Positions 46,681 to 60,252 of a stretch of 64,000 bases of DNA are shown here, in pieces. The DNA lies in NCBI GenBank assembly GCA_963693365.1, contig CAVNZM010000001.1:4852907-4916906 (forward strand), given 5' to 3'. The notes under the pieces are model-generated. The model was not told the DNA's origin. It made no database searches and was given only the letters and a program-made list of their open reading frames with translations. Each line of letters starts with the position of its first letter. The first letter of the stretch is position 1. The stretch comes from Amoebidium appalachense (Eukaryota > Protista > Ichthyosporea). A program made the position numbers and the translations under genes.

Positions 46681-47190
46681 AATATATTTATATAGTAGTT
46701 CATGTTAACTCATGACCCGTTATGTGTACATATCTGATTTGACGCTGGGCGGCAACAGTAAAGATAGACTGCTGTTTGCTGCAACAAGTTCCTTGGGGAC
46801 GAAACCCCCCCCCCCCCCCCCCCCCCCCTCCCCCCGGAGTGGGCAGGGACCCTCCGGCGCCGCTTGCCCACCTGCCTGTGCTTGCCTATTGACAGTCCCC
46901 ATAATCTTTCTCGCTAAATTTCATCTTTTCCCTCTGAATGCAAGGAGAGGGAAAGGCGGCAAGGGGAAAGGGGAGGGGGGCGGGGCCGTGTATTGGCCGT
47001 GTTGCACACTCTGAGCTCTAACAAATATTTCTTGTTAGAAGTGCTTCACCACCTCCCCCCCCCCCCTCCCCCTCGAGCTACCCCTTGCCCCAGTACTCAG
47101 ATCCGAGGGCTAAGGCTTCCTAACACCCCTACAGCCCTACCCCGCTTCTATTTGTGTGACCCTTTGTATATACACCATGTGTGCACGGCA

Positions 47191-47256
<66 letters not shown>

Positions 47257-47541
47257 GGGGACCTCGGTCCCCCACGCTGTGTCTTTTCCGAAACACACAT
47301 CCCTCCCCCCTCCCTCCCCCCTGCCCCCCTCCTCCCCCCCCCCCCCACCCAACACACACGCACACACACACACCACACACACACAAACACACATGCCCCA
47401 CCCCCCTCCACCCCCTCGCCCCCCCCCGTGCAAAAGCTCTTTGACCTTCCAGCTTCCTAACGTTAACTGCCCCCGGATCCCACGTCAAACTGAATGTCAT
47501 CTGAGTCCTGAAACAGACTGAGTCCTGCGGTCGTTGTACAT

Positions 47542-47579
<38 letters not shown>

Positions 47580-48304
47580 GGGCTCCCAGGCCTGGCCTTC
47601 CGGGCTTGTGTCCGGGATATGTTTACTGTGATGATCACGATGATGTTCGGGTATAATTACCCATTATCATAAGAAAACAACAAGACCTGCATAAAATATG
47701 AGCCCATGAACGTAATACGTAGCCTCATTTCCGCATAATGATATCAACAAAAGTGATTACTTTGAGTTTGACATAAAGCACACAAACTGCACACGGAAAA
47801 CTGCAAAACATGTTGCACACAAACAACCAACACCATAGGCTATGCACATACGCAAACCAATTGCATATGTAGCACACACGGCCTGTCTGTAAAAGCACAC
47901 TCGATCCAAGCGTTTATGTAGTAATGCTATGCACATCTGCCGGAAGGCGCAGTGCGCTGCCACCCACCATGCCAGTGATGGATGCACGGTGGTCTATAGA
48001 CAACCCAACGTTATAGGCTATTATCGTTGCCGAATTCGTGACCATATGCATTGACAGACTAGTTGGCTCTATCTGACAGCAAATCATGTGGTAAGAGCGA
48101 GCGGAGTAAACCCCCGGAGAGGAAAGGGGAAGAGAAAGGCGGGTGGGGGAAGGCCGGATGGTATTGTACTGCTCACGCAGTATGAGATTGAAGAGGGATA
48201 CAAATGGGTGACGAGAAGAAGTTCTGGGAGGACTCGACAACTGCAATCAAGGCTTAGTAGTGCTGGTTGGGTGTTAGGCTGGCAGAGGTGCTTCGCTTCT
48301 CTTA

Positions 48305-48368
<64 letters not shown>

Positions 48369-48575
48369 GGGAGGGTATTCATTCGATCCCGAAGTCTAGG
48401 TAGGTTAGCTTAAGACTTGAATCGATAATATTGAAATCATCATTGGGGGTGGGGGGGGGGGGGGGGTTGCATGGCCTGTTCAAAGTTTCGAAATCGGGGA
48501 CACCTCTTCCACTGGAAATGTACGAGGGGAGGCTCAGCGGAGCCATAAGGTCCCATACCTTAATGTCTCATTACC

Positions 48576-48613
<38 letters not shown>

Positions 48614-49037
48614 CCTGCCTGCCCCCTCCCCTCCCCACCACCCCCTCCCCCCCCCCCCCCCCCCCCCCGGGGCGGTCCCCCGTTCCCTGCGTCGGTTGCT
48701 CCAAGTGCCAATTTCAAAACCCTCTGTGCACCCCCCCCCCCCCCCCCCCCCCCCCCCTCCCCACCTAGCACGGAATGTCCCGCAACTCTTGAATATGAAA
48801 TGTAGGTGTCACAGTGGGCACACAAACACATAACCCCCCAGCCTTCCTTAACCTCGAGCTCCCGCTTGGCACGCATGATCACCCCCCCCCCCTCCCCCTC
48901 CCCCCAAACCCCCCTCCACACACACATTCATACATACACATACACACATCTCCCCTTCGCAAGAGTTAAATACGTTTCACAAACACATACCCTGAAATCC
49001 CCCCTTATCCCCCCAATCGGCACAGTAATCCCAGAGT

Positions 49038-49072
<35 letters not shown>

Positions 49073-49146
49073 CCCCCCCCCCCCTTCTCCCACCATTGGC
49101 AAAAATTGAAAACCAAAAAGAGCACCGTGACACTGTGTATGTGTGT

Positions 49147-49185
<39 letters not shown>

Positions 49186-49194
49186 TGTGTGAGT

Positions 49195-49240
<46 letters not shown>

Positions 49241-50150
49241 GTGTGGGCGCTAATTATAACAATAACAACAACAACAATAGTAGTAGTATTTGTGGACGGC
49301 CCGGGGTTGGGGGGGTGGGGTGGGGGGGAAGGTGTGTGAAGCGGGAGGGCGAGGGAAGCTGGGGGGGTTATGTACATGTGTTTGTGCTTATTAATAATAA
49401 TAACAGTAATAATAGTATTAGTGTGTCGGCGAGTGGGTATATATATCTGCCTTTTTTTGTTACTTTGTTTGGCAATGGTTGGTTGGCTGACTGACTTGTG
49501 CCACAGTGCCCAAGTGTATGAGAGCTTGTAACATGCACAGTTCAAATGCTATCAATTGACATCGCCACGTTAAAGGCGACGCACCAGACGTCTTGTGCAT
49601 TATTTTGCAAACACACTACGTTTTTATCCCTGACTTTTGTAATTTAGTTGGAAATTAAAAGTTGGCCAGAGCAAGGTATGAAACTTATCAAGGTGTAGTG
49701 CAAACGCAGTACTTATTCACTACGGACAACTTTAAGACACTGTGACACAATGCAGGCGCAGGGCATGCATCATAAGCAGATTTCATCATTGAAAAGGTGG
49801 GGTAGGGGGGTGGGAATCAGAAAGCATGGAGGGATGGTTCGAAGGGGGGGGGGGAAGAGAGTACGGAGTACTTAGGACAATTTCATGAGGGACAACAAAG
49901 TTTACAATGCAGGCACAGAGTATGCATCATATGCAGCTGCAGATTTCATCGTAGAAGGGCCGAGAGGTCGGATGGGGTGGGTGGGTGGGTAGGGGGTGGT
50001 GGTGGTGGTGGTGGTGGTGGGGGGGGGGGGGGGGGGGGGGGGGGGAGGGGGGGGGGGGGAAAATGGAGAGGGGAAAGGGGAGGGGGGGGATGCACAAAGG
50101 CATGGGGGCAGGCGGGGGGGGGGGGGGGGGGGGGAGGGGGGGGGGGGGGG

Positions 50151-50215
<65 letters not shown>

Positions 50216-50488
50216 GGGAGGGAGAGAGGGAGAGAGAGAGGGGGGGGGGGGGGGGGGGAGGAAGGGAGGGAGAGCTCGGGGGGAGGGGGGGCGGGGGGCA
50301 TGGAGGAGGGGGGAGCCCGGGATTGGGGGGAGGGGGGAGGGGGGGGGGATGTAAAGCGGGCCGTACACTAATGATTCCAGTAAGGTGCCTTAATCACCTA
50401 AGTCCTAACTAAGTAAGCAACCGATAGCTAGCCACTACGTTTCTCCTTGATTTTCCAAGAAAGGGAGAAAGAAAAAGAAAAAAAGAAA

Positions 50489-50521
<33 letters not shown>

Positions 50522-50627
50522 TATGACTGAGTGAATGCAAGCCATCATTGTGTATGTCGAAGTGTGGTAAGGGTTGTTGTTGTTTTTTTGTTGTTTTTTT
50601 GTGGTGGTGGTGGTGGTGGGGGCCCCT

Positions 50628-50684
<57 letters not shown>

Positions 50685-52159
50685 GGGGGTCACGGTTTTG
50701 AAAGTCACGGTGCATGCGTAACACCATGTGCAAAATCCACAAGTGAGGTAATCATATCAGTGAAGGCACGTGCACGAGGTCCAAGTGGTGACTCAATCTG
50801 ACTTTCGAAAAAGTGCAGCTGTACTACGTAGGCCTTTTGTAGTAAGAGGGACCACGTGCCCGTGCTGCTACCTTTTGAGGTAGCTCTTATTTTTCAAGGG
50901 GCCGCGGCGGATCCCGGAGAGGGGCTGATCACGTGACTCACCTGCACTCAGCCAGCGTACGCGCTGATTTATTCGTACATAGGCTAGAGGGCACAGTCAG
51001 GACGTGCCAGGACCACGTGCACCTGTACTCGCAAGCTGCTGGCCATGGCAGGTACAACATGTGCGCCTGCCGTGAGATATCCCCAAAATGCCCTTAAATG
51101 CTCTCCCTCCTAACCTCTCTCTCCCTCCTAACCTCTCTCTCCCTCCTCTCCCTCCTAACCTCTCTAGGTCATCTGACCACTCTCCTATCCTTTTCCTACC
51201 TAAGATCTCCCTTGATCTGCTCCCCCCTCCTCCTCCCACCTTTCGCCTCCGTCTATCCCAGCTCAAGTCACAGTGGGGTAGAGTTGATGTATGTGTATGC
51301 TATGCAACGAAACACCCTATATATATGCGCATATTAGAATCTGCACAAGCCAGACCAGATTCACATCTCGTACTAGATCTAATACATGCACTAACTTTAT
51401 TGTTTATGATTTAATAGATCTCGGTGATTATGCTTGTGGTGGTAGGAAGGAATATCCCGATACTCTCTTGTTACCAAACACCACTCCCGCTAGACTAGGC
51501 GAGCCCCTGTCTCAAAAGGAAAGCTTGCGCCGGCTTGCTAGTATGAATCGATTTGGCCCCCCTGCTCGTATTATTGGTGATACCACTGGAGACCCCCTCA
51601 TAGACTGATAAGTATTTCTCGGAACTGTTTAAAGATAGGACCCCCGCTCAGAAACCTATTGTGTGGCCTGTAGACCCGTCTATCCCCATAGGATAACTAA
51701 GCCTTATGTCTCGTTTTATATATAATGACCGCCTCAACCATATTGCCAAATATGGCACTCGCAAATGTATAACACCTAAATACATCATGATTACCTTCCT
51801 GTAGAACTGGTCTTTCTCTAGCTGATGGTATTATTGATCAATTACCACGCTTTTACTGTACACGTGCTATACAGTGGAGATCTAATAAGTATAAGGTGGC
51901 ATCGTTTGCATGCCCAAACAACACACACACACACCAGTTTAAACGGTCATGTATCGCCAAATGTAGTTTGATAGACCACATAATACCGCAACACATACAC
52001 GTCACATTCACAACAGACACCCAGAAAGATAGCCTACCTGTAAATTACAACATCGGATCATTGATTCCTTGATTTTATCTAAACACGCGTAACTACGACC
52101 TGTTTATTAGATGTATTGATTGGCTTGAGAAACACATCACTACAAAAATTCTAGCGCAC

Positions 52160-52284
<125 letters not shown>

Positions 52285-52312
52285 CCAGCTGATACTGAGT
52301 GTCCCAGGGGAG

Positions 52313-52389
<77 letters not shown>

Positions 52390-53602
52390 GGGAACCCCAA
52401 CTAATTGATTTTTCTTAGTCTTTATGGTGTCTCGTAGAGAAAGTAAACCCTGATATATAGTCATCACCCGACATCTATGTACGTGATCATGATATACCGC
52501 TGAGGGGATATTCCGAGCAAAAACCCCCCATACCTGAGACTGGTCTCTCTTTGCCTCGAGTAAACAGCGTAAACCCAAATGCATTACCCAAACTTAAAAG
52601 ACGTCCCCGACCTTTAAGCCAAATTCCGGAATTTGACCAGCTGGGGCCTGCATTTCAATGCCCGCAAAAATTATAATAAATACACATAAATATATCAAAG
52701 CTTAAACATAAGTTCTGAATACATGTAAAAACCTAATTAATATCAAAGAGTATGGGTATTATCAGCAAAAAAACCCCCAAAAACGGCTGTCCCAAAAGGC
52801 GCTCGCGACGTACGTACGTGAAGTGTACGTGTCGGGGCTCGAAATTGTGGAGCAGAATATGCGATTATCTGACGGTTTTGTGAGCGAATCACAAAAAAAT
52901 GGATGCTAAAATCACTATTTCGGTACAAATATTCATCAAGTTTACAACCAACAATGGAGCACTCATTTAATGAGAAAAACCGGCAAGAACTTTAAAACAG
53001 ATTCCGGCGATGATTGGCCTATAGCGTCCTCATTGTTTACCAAAAAGCGTTTACCAATCGCTAGAGGGCCCAGTGCAGAGAGGGTACATCACCGGCCAGC
53101 TCTTGAAGGGCTATTAAGGACTAAGCGTTCAGATTTTGAAATTTCATGTCCCATTGATCAAATTTCCTATGAGAGATTTGCGGCCCCCAAGGAGTTTAGG
53201 GAGTTGGGGGGTATGGGAGACCAAGCCGTGCACGTGGCTCACGGTCCCGGCGCCAAAATTTGAAATCCCCGCGCGGGCCAGACTGGGCCTGCGCTCAGAC
53301 GGTATAACGGACCAATCCCGACTTTGACCATATATGGTCAATGTCTTGCAAATTCGTCTGGCAGGTGAGTCGTTAAAATCGAATCAAAACACAGGAAAGA
53401 CCCATGTATGTTTGTGGACCCCCTTGGACCCGATTGTGGACCCCCGTTGACCCCGTTTATTTTTTTTTTATTTTTATTTTTTTAATAATGACGTGTACTT
53501 CCAACAACCAAATAAATTAAACACTGGCGGAAGCCGCCTTGCGCGGGTTTCGGAACCGGCCAAAAAAGAGCCTTTGAAAGAAAAGAGAGTTTTCAGAGTC
53601 TA

Positions 53603-53695
53603 GGATTCAGACACCAGCTGGCAGACCCCAACTTATTTTCTACCATCCGTACGCTCACCTTCCACCTGCGCCCGCGCAGCGGGCGCCCAGACCCA
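53603..53695 (+). repeat. Dispersed ~90-bp repeat with GC hairpin GCGCCCGC-GCA-GCGGGCGC (second copy at 55787-55872)
   Basis: ttcagacaccagctggcagacccc … gcgcccgcgcagcgggcgc(c/a)cagacc is present at both loci in the same orientation. Confidence 0.75.
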
Positions 53696-53722
53696 CCTGA
53701 GAGATTTCTAGAGTCTAGATTT

Positions 53723-54167
53723 CAATGGCCCCGGCTAAGCTATTGTAACTCCAACCGGGGTAGTCAAGGATCGGATTCCTTGGATATATTCCGGAAAGTT
53801 TTTAAGGCGAAGCTCCTCGCCTCCGACGCAGGAGGCACCTGGTTCGAATCCCGGGATGTAGCGCATTGGGGATCGGATGCCCTGATGGGACTCGCCTGGG
53901 TGCAGAACTATGCCAATGGCCCTCTAAGCTAACTCCAACTGGGGTAGTCAAGGATCGGATGCCTTGGCTATTCCGGAAAGTTTTTTTTTCTCCTCGCCTC
54001 CGACGCAGGAGGCACCTGGTTCAAATCCCGGGATGTAGCGCATTGGGGATCGGATGCTCTGATGGGACTCGCCTGGGTGCAGAACTATGGCAATGGCCCT
54101 CTCAGCTAACTCCAACCGGGGTAGTCAAGGATCGGATGCCTTGGCTATTCCGGAAAGTGTTTTTTTT
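53723..54167 (+). mobile_element. Tandem array (about 2.4 units, 177-bp period) of a tRNA-derived SINE/Pol III-like element
   Basis: Units start at 53813 and 53990. Each has a tRNA-like anticodon arm (CCTCGC-CTCCGAC-GCAGG), a B box GGTTC(G/A)AATCC (53841, 54018), two hairpins with loop ATCGGATG, and a terminal T-run. The 5' tRNA half is truncated. Confidence 0.65.
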
Positions 54168-56028
54168 CCTTTGTTGCAATTCTTTCCTTGGCACCTGTTC
54201 CCAGCATTTCTACTGTTCGTGCGCAATGTCCTATCCCCAATCTCTCTCCCATTCCGAGATACCCTCTTAATTACTTATCTCCTTTATTTTTCTCTTCTAC
54301 TAGTTATCAGCAGTATGTTACTTGGTTTCATACTCAATATCCTTTGCTTCATCGTTGAGATAAAGAGTATCACGGTAGGGCTCTTGCGCCTGTGCTTCTT
54401 TTTATATTAGAGACTCGTCTATTTTCTTTACGATCGTTGTGTAAATTAATTACTTCTATTTATCCATCCTCTTGTAAACCTACCACACTTACCGATTTTG
54501 CAATTCTAACCCCTCCTTGTGATATAGCTTGGAAATGTTTATTTTGGCGCTGTAACCTTTGTTTCCATAAATGTTTGTGCCACTTTTGTGCAGAACATTT
54601 TTCTCGTAAGCACTTAGATAGATGTATTTATTTATCTCAGATTATTCCGTTAGAAATTAGAAGACTGGCTTATTTAGATAATCATGATCATCAATGATTA
54701 CGTCTATTGACTATCTGTTGAACCACGGTATGTTTAACGAGTTTTCTAGGGTGTATGAATATTATTTTTTCTTTTGACTTGGGTTTATTGATCCGTTGAT
54801 GAAGGCAACGTGCAGCCACAGGCTACATAACCACCAATAGAACTGAAAAAGCCAAAGCTACGAAATAAAAATAAAGCGACAAGTGACAAAGGACACCAGC
54901 GGGCAAAACCGTAAGTGTACGTGTATGCGTGAAACTAGTTTGCTCCAACTACTGCTAGTAGTCATATGCATCGATGTTGACCAGACCACACTCTGCAAGA
55001 AGACATCATTTCTGCTCCTTCCCAACAGGCCCCCCTCAAAACCTATTGAGGCACAGCAAGCAAGTCAGCCTCTAAAAGAGCAATGCAGACCAAATCTGAG
55101 CTAAAAAACAATCCCAACGGGCCCGGCCCCTGAGAAACTGCATCTAGCTCTCTGATAAGGTGGCCTAGTTGTGGCAGGACACACAGAAAAACACAATTAC
55201 AGAATGCATGCAAGCAAACCCGGTCATTGCCATACGACTGGAGGCTAAGGACTGGCAGTCACTTGGAAAGCTCCCCGACGACCAAGTAGCCGCCCCTCCA
55301 CTCACGCAGCGCAGAAGTAGCTGAAGAAGTTGCAGCAGCCCACCGCCAATAGGTCGCGTAGAAGCGTAGACAGCGTGTAGAAGTTACCATAGGTTGCAGT
55401 GGACCACCAGGCGTTGAAGAAACCACTTCTCAAGCGAGAAACTCCGCGAAAGGGAGATGCCCCCACACTCTCACAGGCAGTAGGAATACACCAGGCCACA
55501 CCACACACACGCTGCAGTCACGTTCCCCTGAGTGGGACTCCCTCCCACCACAAAAAGAAGAAACGAAAGCCTTTATATACCTGCCATGGTGAAGAATCGG
55601 GAAAAAAAAGTCGTCGTGACAGCTAAGAGATCGAAGTGAAAGTGAAGTCCCATTTAAGTCGTTATCGCCTCCGTATCCGAGAGTGAGGGCTTTTGTATTT
55701 TCTTCTCCGAGATATCGGTGATATCTCGATGGCTTCTATTTGCTGAGCATATATATATCAATGAGGTCATTTTAAAAAAAAAAAATAGATTTCAGACACC
55801 AGCTGGCAGACCCCCAGCTCATTAGACCGCACTGAGCTTCAGTTGGCGCCCGCGCAGCGGGCGCACAGACCTACTTGTAATATGTAATGAGCACAATCCT
55901 TAGAGCCCAGCGAGTTCTTTTTTGTTTTTTCTTTTGAGCCTGCAGGGGCCGGCCGGATGGTCACCCGTCCTACACGTGGTGGCTGCATGGTCACACGTAC
56001 ATGTAACTTTATACTGCGGCGTGTGTAG

Positions 56029-56184
56029 CCTGAGTGCACGTGTGTTTCCGACGGTGCAGCCTGCAGCATCATCTGACTATGCGACTGTGTGACGGGGTGA
56101 GATAGGCCCTGAGTGCACGTGTGTTTCCGACGGTGCAGCCTGCAGCAGCATCTGACTATGCGACTGTGTGACGGGGTGAGATAG
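56029..56184. repeat. 80-bp-period tandem duplication
   Basis: cctgagtgcacgtgtgtttccgacggtgcagcctgcagca(t/g)catctgactatgcgactgtgtgacggggtgagatag occurs twice. Confidence 0.9.
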
Positions 56185-57694
56185 TACAAGGCTAAAAGGC
56201 TACAAGGCTACAACGCCTGCCAGAGATCGGAGGGCACGGTCAGGATAGAGTAGCGTGCTCACGAGTCACCGTGCACCGTCAGTCATGATCATCGATATCG
56301 ATATCAGCACGCACTTCATATCCCCTCCTACATGCCGCAGGCTCAGTGTGGGGATATCTGGAAACCACCAGCTGCCTCAGTGGCATTATATAAATTAGGG
56401 AATGATCGTGACTGATATTGTCCATTCCTACTAGCTAGTAGTACTGGGTAGGTGTATCGGTGCACACATGTCACGCGGTGGCCGTGCACACACACTGCGT
56501 CACTTTACAGTATGCAGATTTGAAAAATATCTTCGAGAAAACGGGCGTCCAAGAAGGCGATGGAAGCACCGATATCGTGGCACCCCGCCGCACGGGCCCG
56601 CTGCCCAAGTGCTGCTAAGAAAATAATAATTGGCATTCAGTCCGGACTGCGCTGGCTCAACATTATCATTTTTCATTCCGTAAACTTCTTGCTCCCTTCC
56701 ATTGACTTTCGAGGTTATTTTTTGCCAACGCGTGTGCTTTTTTTTATTTGATCCCTGAGGAGGAGTCTACCGACACATTTTTGAATTGTGTAGAACATTT
56801 ACCCCTTTCCGCGCCATATTGACTGACGCGCGTTTTGATTGGCCAAGCTCTGATAATCTTGTCTTGGAAGGCCGAGGAAAAGCCTGAGATCGCTGGCTCA
56901 GCTGAGCAGGGTGGAATTCCGGTCCATTCCATTCAATTCCGTGGCGAAATAGTCGAAGACTCTCGACCTACGCTCTGGTTTTTTGACCAGATCTTTGACA
57001 TTCAGTGGTATAATGCACCGAAAAGTGACGTAAATAAGTACAGATTATGTACGCACAGCGACTGCGTTCCGTGCGCTTCGTTTTCAAGAGTCGTGACGGT
57101 ATTTTTTCACAGTTTCCTGAAGTCACTGTTTGTGCAAAGAGAAACGAAACGATATTCGAAGGCCCTACTTCTCTGGTAGATGTATTTTAATTCGCGAGAC
57201 TCTGTGAGCAAACCCAGGTCAGATCACATCAGAGGCTCGAGTAAATACGAATATGTGAATGGTCAGCGCAGCATACATGTACGTTTTTAGGAGCTGAGTA
57301 CGAAAACTTTCAGTTTGCATGCACATCACTGTTTCACTAACCCCATTCTTGTCATCCGTTCCGCAAGTTGTGGAGTACTTGCATAACTGCAATACTGATA
57401 ACGGTTGAACTTTGGCCAGCCGTCCAGGAAAAAATATACTATCAAACCTTTCTTATCCTTAGTCAGCGTAGCACGTAGAGGCTATCACATGTGTCCCTGT
57501 TCGAATCACACATTGCTCTACAGTGCATGCACCGTGCGTAGGCACAGTGGCATGTAAATTCAGTTGCTCCGAGAGCATCACAAAACGCAAAGGACAATCT
57601 TCCATTCTGACAGCAAGTCTATCCGGTTTATTATGCTAGGTTAGTGCTTTGTTCCACTTGCCCATGGGTTTCATATTTTGAGCCTTCAATCAAC

Positions 57695-59405
57695 ATGTCA
57701 ATGTACAGAAGTTCGATTCCGCACGACGTCCCTTCAGAGGCGTACAGCTATCACAAGATGCGCCGCAGTGGGCCGTTAGAGTGCTCACCTGCACCGGATT
57801 CAGGCTATTTTGGTCATCATCCGGCGGAGGTGAGCAGTTCATCGTACCCGGGGAGTAACCTGTCACAACCATACACCCAAGCACCCACCAGTAACGTGTG
57901 CTATGATACTGCATCTTCCCCTAAGACCCAATACTATGGCAATTACGCGGAAACAAACGAAAACGAACAGTTTAGGAGACCCGGATTACGACACGCGCAG
58001 GCAGGAGGCAACGTACGAGCACCAGCCGTCACAATTCCCTCCCGAACGCCGTACTCATAGTAGAGCGGCCTTGCATAACCGCTCGTCGGCAGTGCCCTAT
58101 TCACACACAAATTATTCCGAATCGCGCGCGAGGTCAGAGTCGGTCAGAGCTGCGCCGGAGGAACCAGTGGCTATGTGTGATGGGGACCAGGACATGAGAA
58201 GGGCAAGCTGCCCTGGTGTCGAGGAGGCTGTTAGAGGATCCAATTCTCGCGATGGCCACATGACCAACGGTAGATCCACCCCCAGTCAGGTTTCTTCCGG
58301 TGAGCGTCATGAGAGTAGCCCGAGTCCAGCGATGGAGAATTCGGTTGCCCTGAGGAAGGCAAATACAACCGGCCAGGAGTACATGGAAAACGGGAAACCC
58401 AAACCCCCTCCGCACATCCGTGGCCTCTTTGAACAAATCTTTGGTGATGTGGATAGTTTGGTTGCAAGTTCCAGTCCCCCCTCTACTCCTGCCGTTGGTG
58501 CTTCGAGTACCGCTAACGGACGAGTAAACGGCTTGAATGGTGTCACAGTGTGCGATGCACCGGCAAATGGCGCCAGAAAACGAGCAGCATCCAATCCGAA
58601 CTTCCCACCAGCTAACACTAATAGGCCGCTGGTGTGTGTGATCGAGCGCCCGTTGGAATGCACTCTGGAGGACATGGCACACGGGTCGGTGAAACGGGTC
58701 AAGGTGGACCGCACGGTGGTAGACGGGGGGGGGGTGGGCACACGCCAGACCCTCTGTCTGGAAATCCCGGTGCGGCCAGGGTGGAAAGCGGGGAAAAAAG
58801 TGCGGTTTGAGGGCGTAGGGGACGTTATTCCCGGCCAGGCGCGCCAAGATATCGAATTTGTCATCACCGAAAAGCCTCATCAATTTCTTTGCCGGGCAAC
58901 TCCGTTTGGTGCCGACTTGTCATATTTGCTGCGTGTGGATAAGGGAAGTCTAGTGACAGGGTTCGCGGCACAAATCCCAACGTTGTCCGGGTTTCAGGAG
59001 GTGGTGGTGGAGGGGTTCCCAGATGGCCAAGCCCCCCGCAGCATAGTGATGGAGGGGGAGGGCATGCCTGACGAAACGGGAAGGCGTGGGGACCTGGTTG
59101 TGACAATTAAGGTGGCTGGCGAACCCGATGAGCAGCCCAGCAACCTTGCGGCATTCCAGCGGAGATGCATCGAGGAAATGTGGGATTCCATGGATGTTCG
59201 GGGGGATCCATCGTCACCACCCGAATACGTTCAGCAGGCACCCACCCTGTGGGGGGTACCAACGGGTTCGAATGAAAATTCTTTGTATGCTCGGAACCAC
59301 GTCCGACGTCCACCATCACCCAAGAGCAACCCGTTTCCTGTGAGCAGACCAAAGCAAGGCTTTGCAGCAACCTATCCTCAGTGGATAGGCGCAGATAGGA
59401 ACTGA
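57695..59405 (+). CDS. DnaJ (Hsp40, Sis1/DNAJB-type) C-terminal substrate-binding domain protein with a long low-complexity N-terminus and no J domain
   Basis: ORF 57903-59405 contains IERPLECTLEDMAHGSVKRVKVDRTV…LEIPVRPGWKAGKKVRFEGVGD…DIEFVITEKPHQFLCR…GADL…IPTLSG…EGEGMP…RGDLVVTIKV, the DnaJ_C pattern. An upstream coding-like frame starting at ATG 57695 can join it through a phase-1 intron (57855 or 57891 to 57975). The 5' structure is tentative. Confidence 0.85.
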
Positions 59406-60128
59406 TATGATTCGATTGGGTTATGATCTATGGCCAGGATTTTTGGGGTGTGTAAGAAGATTCAAGCTTGTTGGTGTACACCTTTCTACTAACCATTTGA
59501 CACTACCTACATGCATCTTGGCTGTGTTCGTTCTGTAGGCAAGCTTTGTTGTAATGATTGACTTGCATAGTCGAATGCTACTTTTCTTCGAATATATTCA
59601 CGTTTTATTTGTAGTTCAACTGCACTCTTCATTTTGAAATTCGGTTTTGAGTAGTATTTCCCGCAGCTGGGTTCATGCACCCCTCCTCTTCACGTTTGAT
59701 TTTACGCCTTAGCTACCAAGTTGAACGTGACCAGAACTTAGACATTTGCAATGGTGATCCTGTACAGAAACTATCAACAGAAACCTATTGGATTTGAGGT
59801 CTGGTCATCACAATGTTTCAGTGTTTGATAGGGTATAATCTCGGATGACCAGGTCCTATAAACGTTGATTAGGGTTTGTACATTTAGCTTGTGGGAGCTG
59901 TATGTGCTGCCAGTGGATTCAATGTATATTTTTGCCGATGTGCACCGTGGGAGTGCAAGAACAGAAAAATATCAGACTGCTTCGTATTATACACCGTTCT
60001 TGGCAAGCTTATTGTTACCGTAGTAGGGCTAGGGGTCCTGGGATCCCTGACTTTTTTTTTCCTTTTCTTTTCTTTTCTAAGCATTTCTTTTTCTTTTTCT
60101 TTTTCTTCTTTCTTTCTTTCTCCCCTTT

Positions 60129-60252
<124 letters not shown>

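Noticed and set aside
53806-53862. Functional tRNA-Arg(CCG) gene
   Set aside because: The 5' acceptor strand and most of the D arm are missing, the stems are imperfect, and it is part of a tandem repeat unit.
53866-54270. 134-aa ORF with an internal repeat
   Set aside because: It is an artefact of the 177-bp (59-codon) tandem unit, and the sequence features point to structured RNA rather than protein.
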